From contig JAOPTW010000001.1 of NCBI GenBank assembly GCA_051532035.1, forward strand, positions 21,128-85,127: DNA of 64,000 bases, written 5' to 3'. This document shows, piece by piece, positions 49,049 through 58,915 of the stretch. The notes under the pieces were generated by a model. It saw nothing but the letters and a program-made list of their open reading frames with translations, made no database searches and was not told the DNA's origin. The position numbers and the translations under genes were made by a program. Each line of letters begins with the position of its first letter. The stretch's first letter is position 1. This DNA comes from Fibrobacterales bacterium (GTDB taxonomy: Bacteria; Fibrobacterota; Fibrobacteria; Fibrobacterales; JAOPTW01).

Positions 49049-49297
49049 ATGTCAAAGCCAACAATAGCAGCCCGAAAACCAGTCATGGTAGAATTAGAAG
49101 CCGGGAAAACTTATTTCTACTGTACCTGTGGCAAATCGGCAAGCCAACCTTTTTGCGATGGAACACACGCGGGGAGTGAATTTTCGCCTTTGGCATATAC
49201 TGCTGAAGAAACGAAAAAGGCAGCACTCTGCGCATGTAAACACACTAAAAATGGCCCATTCTGTGATGGAGCCCATAGAGCACTAACAGAAGAGTAA
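49049..49297 (+). CDS. CDGSH iron-sulfur domain protein (two CDGxH motifs, MiNT-like)
   Basis: CTCGKS..QPFCDGTH and LCACKHT...PFCDGAH. Start at ATG 49049 fits the promoter position. Confidence 0.92.
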   Translation: MSKPTIAARKPVMVELEAGKTYFYCTCGKSASQPFCDGTHAGSEFSPLAYTAEETKKAALCACKHTKNGPFCDGAHRALTEE

Positions 49298-49314
49298 TTG
49301 AGATAAAGGATAGT

Positions 49315-49794
49315 ATGAGTATTGAAGAGGAGTTACGGCAGACTCAACCCCTACGATCAGTAGGGGAGTCACTAATTTTGAATGTGGTAAAAACTGCAGA
49401 TCTATTAAAAGGGTATATGGATTCAGTCCTCAAATCTTACGACCTTTCTCAAACACAGTTTAACATTTTGAGAATCTGTAAAGGTTCTCGGGGGAAGGGT
49501 ATCACATGTAGTGAAATATCTGATAGGTTACTGACTAAAGTTCCTGATGTTACCCGTCTTCTAGACAGAATGGAGAAGAAAGGATTGCTCTATCGTAAAC
49601 GCTGCACTGCAGATAGAAGAGTAATATGGGTATTTATATCAGATAGTGGAGAGAAGATTATAACAAAGGCTTCCCAGATGGTAGATAAAAACATTGATGC
49701 AGTAACCCTTCCGTTAGGGAACGAGGGGGTTTTGGCTGCAATTGCAGTACTTGAAAATTTACGGAACAATATAAACACAAAGGAGATAGTATGA
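49315..49794 (+). CDS. MarR family transcriptional regulator
   Basis: LS.TQFNILRI, PDVTRLLDRMEKKGL..R....DRR. Confidence 0.92.
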   Translation: MSIEEELRQTQPLRSVGESLILNVVKTADLLKGYMDSVLKSYDLSQTQFNILRICKGSRGKGITCSEISDRLLTKVPDVTRLLDRMEKKGLLYRKRCTADRRVIWVFISDSGEKIITKASQMVDKNIDAVTLPLGNEGVLAAIAVLENLRNNINTKEIV

Positions 49795-50381
49795 AAAGTA
49801 TACAAAAAATGATAGGAATCTTATTGGTCGTTGGTTGTGTGGCTAGTTGGGCTGATACCTATAGTATTGACACTCAAAGTAGTGTTATGAGATGGGAAGG
49901 GAAAAAAGTAGTTGGGGGACATGATGGGGTCGTTAAAATTAAAGAAGGGATGGTGACCACAAATAAAGCCACGGTTGCAGGTACTATCATAATAGATATG
50001 CATTCTATAGAGAATAGGGATCTTACGGACCCTACCTATAAAGCAAAACTTGAGGGGCATCTTAAAAATGCAGATTTTTTCGATGTTGAAACATACCCAA
50101 CTGCTACATTTGTTATTACTAAGGCACGTGAAACCAAGCAAGGGTCGTATGTTCTTGATGGTGATTTAACCATCAAAGATAAGACACACCCTATTACTTT
50201 TGATGCTGTTGTAACCCCAAAAGGGGCACATAAAAAATTGAATGCTCGGTTTTCTATTGATAGAACTAAATGGGGGGTCGTTTATAATTCAAAAGGTTTT
50301 TTTGATATTAAGAGTTTAGGTGATAAATTAATTCTTGATGAAATTAAGTTTGATCTCAATATAACTCTTATAAAAAAATAG
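49791..50381 (+). CDS. YceI family protein
   Basis: Signal peptide, W.GKK, HDG, L.GHLK..DFFDV..YP.A.F, GDLTIK, IDRT.WG. Confidence 0.92.
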   Translation: MKSIQKMIGILLVVGCVASWADTYSIDTQSSVMRWEGKKVVGGHDGVVKIKEGMVTTNKATVAGTIIIDMHSIENRDLTDPTYKAKLEGHLKNADFFDVETYPTATFVITKARETKQGSYVLDGDLTIKDKTHPITFDAVVTPKGAHKKLNARFSIDRTKWGVVYNSKGFFDIKSLGDKLILDEIKFDLNITLIKK

Positions 50382-50400
50382 GATGTAAAGAGTAAAGGTA

Positions 50401-50706
50401 CTAACCCTCAAGCTGAGGCTTGGGGCTGTACCAAGAAAGACGATAAATAATAGAGCCTGCAAGTGTTCCCCATGCGAGGTACCGAACTATTTCAAAGAGG
50501 GGTATTGATCCAAACACAATATCACTTGCACCAATTTTTAGGCCATAGCTCGTAACTAATAAAATAAAGGTTATGACAGGGCCAATATATTTACGATCTT
50601 TTCTCTTTATATAAAGAATTGAAAAAACTGTTAAATGTACGATAAAGAGAATGAGAAGTGCAATGTTCCACATAGGTGACTCCGACTTGTTTTTTAAAAT
50701 ATACAT
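50401..50706 (-). CDS. Small hypothetical membrane protein
   Basis: Three hydrophobic segments, start uncertain. Confidence 0.55.
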   Translation of the reverse strand: MYILKNKSESPMWNIALLILFIVHLTVFSILYIKRKDRKYIGPVITFILLVTSYGLKIGASDIVFGSIPLFEIVRYLAWGTLAGSIIYRLSWYSPKPQLEG

Positions 50707-50783
50707 ACCATTTTACTGGGGTAGAATAAATGGTTAGGATTCTATAGCTTTCTCAACCCTTTTTACAACCTTGAAGCACTTAA

Positions 50784-51146
50784 TTATTGAGTAATTGAAT
50801 AGCCTTTTAGTGTCTTGAGGTCAACAAACTCAAGTGCTGAGATATGAGTACCGTCAAGGTAGACTAAAGGAGCTCTTCCCGCATTAAATGCTTCTACCCA
50901 ACGTTGTAGGCAGAGACACCAACGGTCTCCTGGTTTTAGACCTTGAAATTGCCATGCTGGTACTGGGGTTGATAAGTCGTTACCTACAGATGCACTAAAG
51001 TTTAAAAACTCGTCGTCAACCTGAACACAAACAGTATGCATCCCTGTGTCATCATAATGAGTATCACAACAACCTGTTCTAAAAAATCCAGTCATAGGTT
51101 CTATACTACACGATTGTAGCTCTGTGCCAAGGACATTAAGTGCCAT
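50784..51146 (-). CDS. DUF2237 family protein
   Basis: NVLG..L..CS..P.TGFFR.GCC, GNDLSTP, GLKPGDRWCLC..RW. Confidence 0.93.
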   Translation of the reverse strand: MALNVLGTELQSCSIEPMTGFFRTGCCDTHYDDTGMHTVCVQVDDEFLNFSASVGNDLSTPVPAWQFQGLKPGDRWCLCLQRWVEAFNAGRAPLVYLDGTHISALEFVDLKTLKGYSITQ

Positions 51147-51266
51147 AGAGTTATCCTTTATTAATTGAAAAAGAAAAAATATATTTTCTAGTAAGGATTA
51201 TATGGATTCATAAGTATTCGTACAACTTAGCAACTGATTAGTATAGGATTGAACGTTTCTGTATCC

Positions 51267-51641
51267 TTAATTATTTGCTTCAACAAGGTTTCTGAGCTCC
51301 TTTTCAAGTAAATGAATCTCTATAACAGGTTTATGGAAAAGCTTTTTAGATATGGTGTTGATCGTTAAGAAATCATCAGAAAGCTGATATTCAGGTGAAC
51401 CGGTACAGAGGAGACAGGGGATGTATTTGTTTTGCTTAATAAGCGTGCGGATAAAGTCTGGGCCTCCCATACCAGGGAGTCTGAGGTCGACAATTATACT
51501 CGATACTTCTGTCTGTTGAACGATTTCGAGAGCTTCTTCGGCAGAGGCTGCTTCAAAAATTTCCCATTCACAATCTTCAAAGTAGTCTACGAGACTTTGT
51601 CTTACTGCTTGATCGTCATCTATAATAAGTACACTATACAT
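51267..51641 (-). CDS. Single-domain response regulator receiver
   Basis: IIDDD, VDLRLPGM.G, TG, KP. Confidence 0.9.
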   Translation of the reverse strand: MYSVLIIDDDQAVRQSLVDYFEDCEWEIFEAASAEEALEIVQQTEVSSIIVDLRLPGMGGPDFIRTLIKQNKYIPCLLCTGSPEYQLSDDFLTINTISKKLFHKPVIEIHLLEKELRNLVEANN

Positions 51642-53942
51642 TTATTGTCCATTTAAATGGGTGATTGGGAGCCGTATAACAAATGTTGATCCTGATTCTG
51701 GTTCAGAATCAACAAACATTTCGCCATTGTGATTTTCTGATATAATAAAGTAGGAGACACTTAGGCCGAGGCCTGTACCCACACCAACAGCTTTAGTGGT
51801 ATAGAATGGCTCGAAAATTCTTGAGCGTACTTCTTCTGAGATGCCAGGACCATTATCTTCAATTTCAATCTGCACGACATCAAGGTCAACGATATTTTTA
51901 AGTCGAATAATAAATGTTGGTGATGGAGTATCGAGATCTGATGGTGCTAACTGAGAAAAATGTTCATACATTGCCTCTGCACCATTGCGGAGTATATTGA
52001 GAAGTACTTGCTGAATTTTTACCTCTTCACATTGCACTTGTGGAGTTGTGGCTTCATACTCTTTAATAATGTTGATGGTTTTAAAATCGTAAGATTTTTT
52101 AATGTCATAGTCGGTAGAGGCAAGTACAAGGGTTCTATCAAGGAGGGATGCCATATCGTGCAGTTCAAATTCATCATCAGTCTTACGGGCAAAACTGAGC
52201 ATATTGCTCACAATATGGGCTGCTCGTCCACCTGCCTCTTTGATAGAGGAGATCATTCGGTCTATTCCACGTTTATTGATATAATGCTGGAGTGCATCAA
52301 GGTCGATGTTGAAGGCTTTCGCAGCAATAATATTTCCAGAAAGTGTTTTATTGGTGAGTCTGTTTTCGAGGTTTATGGTATTTTGTATAATACCACCAAG
52401 AGGGTTGTTTATTTCATGAGCCATACCTGCGGCGAGCCCACCAACAGAAAGCATTTTTTCATTTTGCACTAAAAGTTCCTGTGAGTTTTTTCGTTCAGTA
52501 ATGTCACGAGCAATCTCAATAAGAAGGGTATCACTAATAGCTGTCGTACTGAGGAGTGCAGTACGTTTCGATCCATCAGGTTGAATAAACTCTACCTCAC
52601 CCATGTCTATGGGAGCACTTGTTCCGATAGCTTTTTTGAGACGGTCTACTGCGTCTTTTGGAGATACATCTTGTATGGTAAGTGTTTTAAGTTCTTCGAC
52701 TGATCGTGCGGTGAGTTGTTCTGCGGCACTGTTGGCATCAGTCAGGAGACCCGTGAGAGGATTTACCAAAAATACAGCATTATCTGAACGCTCAAAGAGG
52801 GTTCTATATATTTCATCACTTGTCTGGAGTGCTTCTTTAGTTTTAGTAAATTCAGAAATGTCACGAATTGAGGCTTGTATTGTCGTTTTTCCTTCTAGCT
52901 CAATTCGAGAAAGTATTATAGAACATTCAAATTCAGATGAGTTATTTCTGATATGTGTCCATTCAAAATAATGAGTTCCTTCTGAAAGAACTTTAGCAAA
53001 GTATGTATTAATAAGGGCATGAGAGCTTTCACCATTAGGTTGAAGCATAGGAGATAGGTCTACTGGACTTTTCCCAATGAGCTCATTTTTGTTTTTTATA
53101 CCAAACATAGAAATTGCAGTAGAGTTGCTATCAGTGATAATTCCTGAAGGCTCGATAAGGAAAATGGTATCTTTAGTGGATTCAAAAAAGGTTCGGTATT
53201 TTGATTCACTCGATTTAAGACGGGCTTCAATCTGTGAACGTTCTACAATTTCTCTATTAAGGCTCGATATTTTTTCTTGAATATTATGTCGCATCGCCTG
53301 AAAGCGTCTTGCAAGGTGACCGATTTCATCGTTCTTATTCTGATACTTAAGTGAATTAAATTTACTTTCTGAATCGGAATCAATCGAGAGTGCAAGTGAT
53401 TTAATTGGGCGAATGACTGAATAAAAAAGTGTTATGGAGAGCGCAATAATAAAGAAGAGTACAACAAATAAAATAAAACGTAATTGCCCTAGGGCAGATT
53501 CAAGAATGTTCTTTTTTAAAAAATGATCGGTTAATTGGACAGAAACAGTGGCAACGTGTCTGCTTTTATATAATACAGGAAGGGTGTGTTTGTACTCTGT
53601 TTTTGGTACTGCCTGATTTAATGAGATAATTTTCCAAGTAAGATCGCGTCCTTTGCTGAGCATGATTGTATTTGATGAATCGTAATGAATACTGATAGTT
53701 GCTATGTTTTTGTTTTGCATTTCAGCAATAAGGGTATTTTGTAAAATATCAAAATCAATATCCCATACAGGTTTTGCAAGAGACTGACTCAGACGTGCTG
53801 TAATAGCTTCTAACTCTTCTTTGAGCATATAGGTGTCAGACTCGATTTTACTCTGGTACCAATAGACAGTGGCGCCTGTGGTAAAAAGAGACACAACAAT
53901 TATCATGAGCAGGTTGATTTTAATATTGAGTGAAAGGGTCAT
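51642..53942 (-). CDS. Membrane HAMP-PAS-PAS sensor histidine kinase
   Basis: Two TMs, DEIG.LA HAMP, two PAS domains, AHEINNPL, N.LRNG, DNGPG, GTGLGL. Confidence 0.93.
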   Translation of the reverse strand: MTLSLNIKINLLMIIVVSLFTTGATVYWYQSKIESDTYMLKEELEAITARLSQSLAKPVWDIDFDILQNTLIAEMQNKNIATISIHYDSSNTIMLSKGRDLTWKIISLNQAVPKTEYKHTLPVLYKSRHVATVSVQLTDHFLKKNILESALGQLRFILFVVLFFIIALSITLFYSVIRPIKSLALSIDSDSESKFNSLKYQNKNDEIGHLARRFQAMRHNIQEKISSLNREIVERSQIEARLKSSESKYRTFFESTKDTIFLIEPSGIITDSNSTAISMFGIKNKNELIGKSPVDLSPMLQPNGESSHALINTYFAKVLSEGTHYFEWTHIRNNSSEFECSIILSRIELEGKTTIQASIRDISEFTKTKEALQTSDEIYRTLFERSDNAVFLVNPLTGLLTDANSAAEQLTARSVEELKTLTIQDVSPKDAVDRLKKAIGTSAPIDMGEVEFIQPDGSKRTALLSTTAISDTLLIEIARDITERKNSQELLVQNEKMLSVGGLAAGMAHEINNPLGGIIQNTINLENRLTNKTLSGNIIAAKAFNIDLDALQHYINKRGIDRMISSIKEAGGRAAHIVSNMLSFARKTDDEFELHDMASLLDRTLVLASTDYDIKKSYDFKTINIIKEYEATTPQVQCEEVKIQQVLLNILRNGAEAMYEHFSQLAPSDLDTPSPTFIIRLKNIVDLDVVQIEIEDNGPGISEEVRSRIFEPFYTTKAVGVGTGLGLSVSYFIISENHNGEMFVDSEPESGSTFVIRLPITHLNGQ

Positions 53943-53953
53943 TATTGTCCTGC

Positions 53954-56245
53954 CTAGCTTAAGGAGCTCATAGAGTGAGGGCCGTTATTTTTTAGGGTGC
54001 GATTAATAGGGAGGGAAATTACAAAGTGTGCTCCATGGTTTAGACATGGCTCAATATGGAGAGTCCCTCCATGGTTTTCGGTAATAATAAAATAGGATAC
54101 ACTCAGTCCAAGGCCGGTTCCAACTCCCACTGATTTTGTAGTAAAAAATGGTTCAAAAATTCTTTTACTCACTTCGTCACTCATTCCTGGGCCATTATCA
54201 AGGATAGAGATGACAACAGAGGCCTGATCTTCAGATCGTTTGAGTGTAAAGGTGAATTCAGGAGGTAAGGGCTTCTCACCTTTTTCAACGATTTTAGTAT
54301 GGTGAGTAGTCATTGCCTCTGCTCCATTTTGAATAATATTAAAGAGCACTTGTTGTATCTTTGATGCCTCACAAGGAACTTCAGGTAAGTTATCTTCATA
54401 ATTACGAACTATTGAAATTGACTTGATATCAATAGATTTTTTTAGGTCGTAATCTGTTGAAGCGATCTCGATAACTGATTCTAATAGCTCTGTAATATTA
54501 TGTGTAGAGAATCGGTCGCTATCTTTGCGGGCAAAAGAGAGCATGTTATGAACAATCGACGTTGCACGATTCCCCGCATCTTTAAGAAGATAAAACATAC
54601 GGGGAATGTTACGCAAGTCCATATAAGTCTGTAGTGCAGAAAAAGAGAGTCCGGCTTTTTCTGCGGCCGCTACATTCGCTTTGAGTTCACTATTCGTAAG
54701 TCGGTTAATAATATTTTCAGCGTTTTGTAATATGCCACCGAGTGGGTTGTTAATCTCATGAGCCATACCAGCTGCGAGTCCACCTACAGAGAGCATTTTT
54801 TCATTTTGTACAACGACCTCTTCCATTTTAACATGTTCGCTTACGTTATCAATACGGATTACAACACCAGAGATACCTTGATTAACATGAGGGTAGATAG
54901 TGATATCCTCATAATCGGTCTGATTATTGTGCATATACAGCTGTTTAGGAATAGAGATTTCTTTTAATGATGTAATAACTTCAAGGATATTTGTCTCAAT
55001 GTATTTGAGTCTTGGTATGAGTTCAAAGAGTAACCTACCGTACGCATCATTATAAGCAAGACCTGTTACTTCAATGGTGCTTCGGTTCCAATGGGTGACA
55101 CAGAGATTAGAATCAAGGGCAATAAGCATTGAAGGCATTGAGTCAATAACACTTTTTATCATACTTTTGGATGAGTGCAGTGCACTTTCGCGGCTCTTAA
55201 TGTCAGAAGACATTTGATTCATCGTGTGAGCGAGTTTTGAAAATTCATTAAAAAAGATTGGGGTCTTTATAGTTTGATAGACTCCATGAGATATTGCCTC
55301 ACTATTTTGTGTAAGTACTTTAAGAGAACGAGTAATAAGGGAACTCGATTGGTGTGCTATAATAAGTGCGACTGCCCCTATAACGAATGTTGCAATAATG
55401 AGCCATTTAAGCATTTCGTAGATAGGAGCTGTTGTTTGTTTTACAGGTTGATAAACCGATACTTTCCAATGAGTTGATGGTAAAAAGAGAGAGTATACCA
55501 TTTGATCAATACCATCATACGGGAGGATTGATTCGAGTATGTTGCCATTCCATCTGTTTTTACTATCTATAAAATGAGGGTCATATTCTCTAAGCCTCAC
55601 TTTCTCTTTATTATTGTGAGATATAAAAACACCCCGCTGATCGGTGATTGCAATATATCTGTGTTCAAATTTTTCATGGGCTACCGCAGCAGAGAGGACT
55701 TCAATTTCTTGAAGTGAAATAAAAAGTGTGATGAGCTTGGAGTCGTGTTTTTTAGAAAGGGTTGTACTGACAACATTGAGTTGATCAGACATAAAACTTG
55801 AAGACCAGTAGGGCTTGTTTTGGGATATTCCTTTTTTATAGTAGTCGTGTCCACTGACATCTATACCTATCATCACAGAGTCTTCGGGATAAAAATATTC
55901 TGTTGTTCCAGTATCGTTCGCTATTTGAAGCCCAAGAAGATGAGAGTGAGCGCCAATAATAAACCCAATTGATTCCTTAAGTTGCTGAGTGATACTATCA
56001 TTATGTGCATGGAGTATGGTCTCTACTATTTTTAAATCTTCAAGGGGCTCCCTAATGTAGCGCTCTACACTTCGGGCAATCACTGAGACATGCTCTTTAT
56101 TTGCGAGAGATAATTCATTAGTAAGAGTGTTCGATGATATAAATGCACCCAATGCCCCGAGAAGCACAATAGGCACCAAAATACCTACTAGGAATAGTCC
56201 AATAAAGAACTGTTTAATGTTAATTGCTTTCAGGAATATGAACAT
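53954..56245 (-). CDS. Cache-HAMP-PAS sensor histidine kinase
   Basis: TM-Cache-TM, PAS, AHEINNPL, DNGPG, FEPFFTTK, GTGLGL. Confidence 0.93.
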   Translation of the reverse strand: MFIFLKAINIKQFFIGLFLVGILVPIVLLGALGAFISSNTLTNELSLANKEHVSVIARSVERYIREPLEDLKIVETILHAHNDSITQQLKESIGFIIGAHSHLLGLQIANDTGTTEYFYPEDSVMIGIDVSGHDYYKKGISQNKPYWSSSFMSDQLNVVSTTLSKKHDSKLITLFISLQEIEVLSAAVAHEKFEHRYIAITDQRGVFISHNNKEKVRLREYDPHFIDSKNRWNGNILESILPYDGIDQMVYSLFLPSTHWKVSVYQPVKQTTAPIYEMLKWLIIATFVIGAVALIIAHQSSSLITRSLKVLTQNSEAISHGVYQTIKTPIFFNEFSKLAHTMNQMSSDIKSRESALHSSKSMIKSVIDSMPSMLIALDSNLCVTHWNRSTIEVTGLAYNDAYGRLLFELIPRLKYIETNILEVITSLKEISIPKQLYMHNNQTDYEDITIYPHVNQGISGVVIRIDNVSEHVKMEEVVVQNEKMLSVGGLAAGMAHEINNPLGGILQNAENIINRLTNSELKANVAAAEKAGLSFSALQTYMDLRNIPRMFYLLKDAGNRATSIVHNMLSFARKDSDRFSTHNITELLESVIEIASTDYDLKKSIDIKSISIVRNYEDNLPEVPCEASKIQQVLFNIIQNGAEAMTTHHTKIVEKGEKPLPPEFTFTLKRSEDQASVVISILDNGPGMSDEVSKRIFEPFFTTKSVGVGTGLGLSVSYFIITENHGGTLHIEPCLNHGAHFVISLPINRTLKNNGPHSMSSLS

Positions 56246-57329
56246 AGTGGTTATTAACTATTTGATAGAGTGAAAATTTACGATTAACGTCTCCAAATGT
56301 ATCGAAGGAATAGCTATCGGTAAGACCTTGAAAATTCTTAATGGAGGTGAGTGCTTTTTTTATTGGTGCTCTATTAAAAGAGTGCGCTTCTGTTGCTGCT
56401 CTTTTGTAAAGAAAAAGCACTTCATAGGCAAAGCGTGCCGCAAAACTTGGTTCCATATCAAATCGAACTCTAAAGTGGCTATTAAAAGCTTGTTCAGCCT
56501 TTGAGGGTATTGCAGATTTATAAGAATCCACAAGTATCATATTCTCAACGGTTTTTCCCCCATACAATTCCACTTTTGACAATTTGGTCCACATTGTTCC
56601 ATAGAGCTGAGCGTTATAATTATTTTTGTATAACTGTTGAGTAATGCCCGCAGCATCTATACCACTCGTTGCGAAAATAATACCATCAGGTTTATATGCT
56701 TGTACTTGATTGGCATAGATCATAAGAGAATCTTTGTTGTGATATCCAACAATATTCACTGCTATTTTATGGGGAGAGAGCATTTGTGTTGCTCCCTGTA
56801 TTATGGGGCCTACATATTCTGGATTGGTACTGTCGACTACTATGACAATAGAAGTTAAATTTTTCCGTAGAATATCTTTTGCAATCCATTTTGCTTGATA
56901 GGTTGCTGCTGAAATAACTCTAAAAAAATGATCGTCTATACCGGAATAACGATCTGAGCTCACTGTTGGGCTAAAGACAATCGTATTTGCCTTTTCTGTT
57001 TCTTTGAGTATTGTTGGGGCCATTGTACTTAAAAAGGGACCAATTATTAGGGGGATTTCTTTCTTTACGAGTTCTTGAACATGTTGCTCTGCTTTATTTC
57101 TATCTCCTGCGTGATCTTTTATGATTAATACTATAGGGTGACCATTGATTCCCCCGTCTTTATTAATTTGTTCAATAGCAAGAGAGAGCCCTGCTCGTGC
57201 ATTGGTACCGAGTTGAGACTTTCTACCTGACAAATTACTCATGAAGCCAATCTCTATAGGCGACTTTGCACACTGCACGACACAACTTATAATAATAAGG
57301 GTGAGTATCAGTGGTGTAATTTTTTGCAT
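56220..57329 (-). CDS. Periplasmic binding protein type 1 (LivJ-like), probable sensor partner
   Basis: Start reassigned to ATG 57329. LSG..S.LG, IN..GGING, IIGP..S, DD.FFR, F.GL...SFD.FGD. Confidence 0.85.
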   Translation of the reverse strand: MQKITPLILTLIIISCVVQCAKSPIEIGFMSNLSGRKSQLGTNARAGLSLAIEQINKDGGINGHPIVLIIKDHAGDRNKAEQHVQELVKKEIPLIIGPFLSTMAPTILKETEKANTIVFSPTVSSDRYSGIDDHFFRVISAATYQAKWIAKDILRKNLTSIVIVVDSTNPEYVGPIIQGATQMLSPHKIAVNIVGYHNKDSLMIYANQVQAYKPDGIIFATSGIDAAGITQQLYKNNYNAQLYGTMWTKLSKVELYGGKTVENMILVDSYKSAIPSKAEQAFNSHFRVRFDMEPSFAARFAYEVLFLYKRAATEAHSFNRAPIKKALTSIKNFQGLTDSYSFDTFGDVNRKFSLYQIVNNHYVHIPESN

Positions 57330-57345
57330 GGTTGCCTCAAATGGG

Positions 57346-58686
57346 TTAATGAAGACTCTGTATTGAAAATTCAAAAAGGAGGGAGTGCTCGGCTGATTGA
57401 GAGATGGATATCTTCCAATGAAGCATGGTTATTGTACAGTGATTTTCGTCAATGATTTGGATGTTGTCTGACGGCCCAAAAATTGAGGCTAACTGATTTG
57501 AAATTAACTCTGGTGAAATGATGCAGTGATGAATAGCTATGAGAGCGGTCGTTGTTTCGGAGTTGGCCTGTAAAGAAAGTTCAATTTTTTTCGTCTCACT
57601 TTCAACGGTTTCTAAAGTTATTGCCGCCTTGAATGACTTAAATAACAGATCAATAAAGAGCTCTTTTGAAGACTTTACAAAATATTTAGCAGGCATATCT
57701 ACAATGATTTCGATGCCATTATCCTGGAATGATTTCATAAAAATGTCGAGTGTATTTTCTATGAGTGTATTAATTTCAGTAATGCTACTGATGTTTTCAT
57801 CATCGATAAATTTTCGGTATGAGTTTAAAATGTGAGTGACTTCATCACTTTTTGAAATGATTCTATTTTGATTTACTTCCATGGTGTTGATAGTGTTCAC
57901 GAAACTATCTTTTATGGAGTTGAGAAATGCAAGGAGATGCCCTGCTTTGTCTTGTGTTACTAAAAATTCATAAAGGTCGGATGAATGATCATCAAGGAGG
58001 GTACACACTTCCCTAAGTTTGTCTGTAGGGAGTGATTTTATATCTTTATTGAGAACATAAATTGCAGTGTTAATGCTATTCATGCTGTTACCAATATTAT
58101 GAATTACATCTATGGCAATATCTGCCTGCCCAGCTTTATGTGCACTATCTATCAGTAAGTTTTGTGTTTTACCTAGAGCACTGGTTCGTTCTTCAATAAT
58201 ATCTTCGAGATGCGTTTGATAATGTTTTAGTTCGCTATTTTTAGTCGTTAGCTCTTTTGTTTGTGCCGCTACTTTCTCTTCAAGCTCTTCCTGATGTTGT
58301 TCCTTTTCCTTGATAAGTTCAAATTTTTCTAGAAGTCGCTCAATAGTGATAGTGAGAATTGAAAAATCCCTGATAGGCTTTAGAACATAGTCCCAGGCTC
58401 CTTTATGGAGTGCTTCTATAACATCCTCGGCTACGCCATTTCCTGATAATACAATGATTGGGGTTTTGATATTTTTGCCACGTGTATATTCAATTAACTC
58501 CATACCAGTCTTTTCTGGCATACGCATGTCAGTTATTATAAGATCGGCTGCTTGAGAATCAATAAGTTCACAACCTGCACGGCCATTAGTAGCAGTAAAA
58601 ATTTGATAACCACAATCTTCTAGATAGGCTTGGACACTAAAAAGAATCGAACTGTCATCATCAATCAGGATTATAGTTTTTCCCAT
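57346..58686 (-). CDS. Receiver + coiled coil + HisKA + degenerate HATPase protein (pseudokinase)
   Basis: Intact REC (DDD, TDMRMP, SG, KP) and H-box IHNIGN. N/G boxes missing. Confidence 0.75.
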   Translation of the reverse strand: MGKTIILIDDDSSILFSVQAYLEDCGYQIFTATNGRAGCELIDSQAADLIITDMRMPEKTGMELIEYTRGKNIKTPIIVLSGNGVAEDVIEALHKGAWDYVLKPIRDFSILTITIERLLEKFELIKEKEQHQEELEEKVAAQTKELTTKNSELKHYQTHLEDIIEERTSALGKTQNLLIDSAHKAGQADIAIDVIHNIGNSMNSINTAIYVLNKDIKSLPTDKLREVCTLLDDHSSDLYEFLVTQDKAGHLLAFLNSIKDSFVNTINTMEVNQNRIISKSDEVTHILNSYRKFIDDENISSITEINTLIENTLDIFMKSFQDNGIEIIVDMPAKYFVKSSKELFIDLLFKSFKAAITLETVESETKKIELSLQANSETTTALIAIHHCIISPELISNQLASIFGPSDNIQIIDENHCTITMLHWKISISQSAEHSLLFEFSIQSLH

Positions 58687-58915
58687 GATTGCCTTTAGGA
58701 GTGTTTTTTATGATATTACTATAAAAATGCCAAATTATTCAATTTATTCGGGTAAAAATTGAAGGTTACCCTATTATTATAGTTTGCTTTGTAAGCAGGA
58801 GTGAAGGGGGACTCTCATTCTACATTAATGCAATTGTTTTGCTCTCATTTGAATAATGTAACCATAGTTCAGGTAATGATTTATATTAGTACCATACCTT
58901 TTATCGAAACTACTT

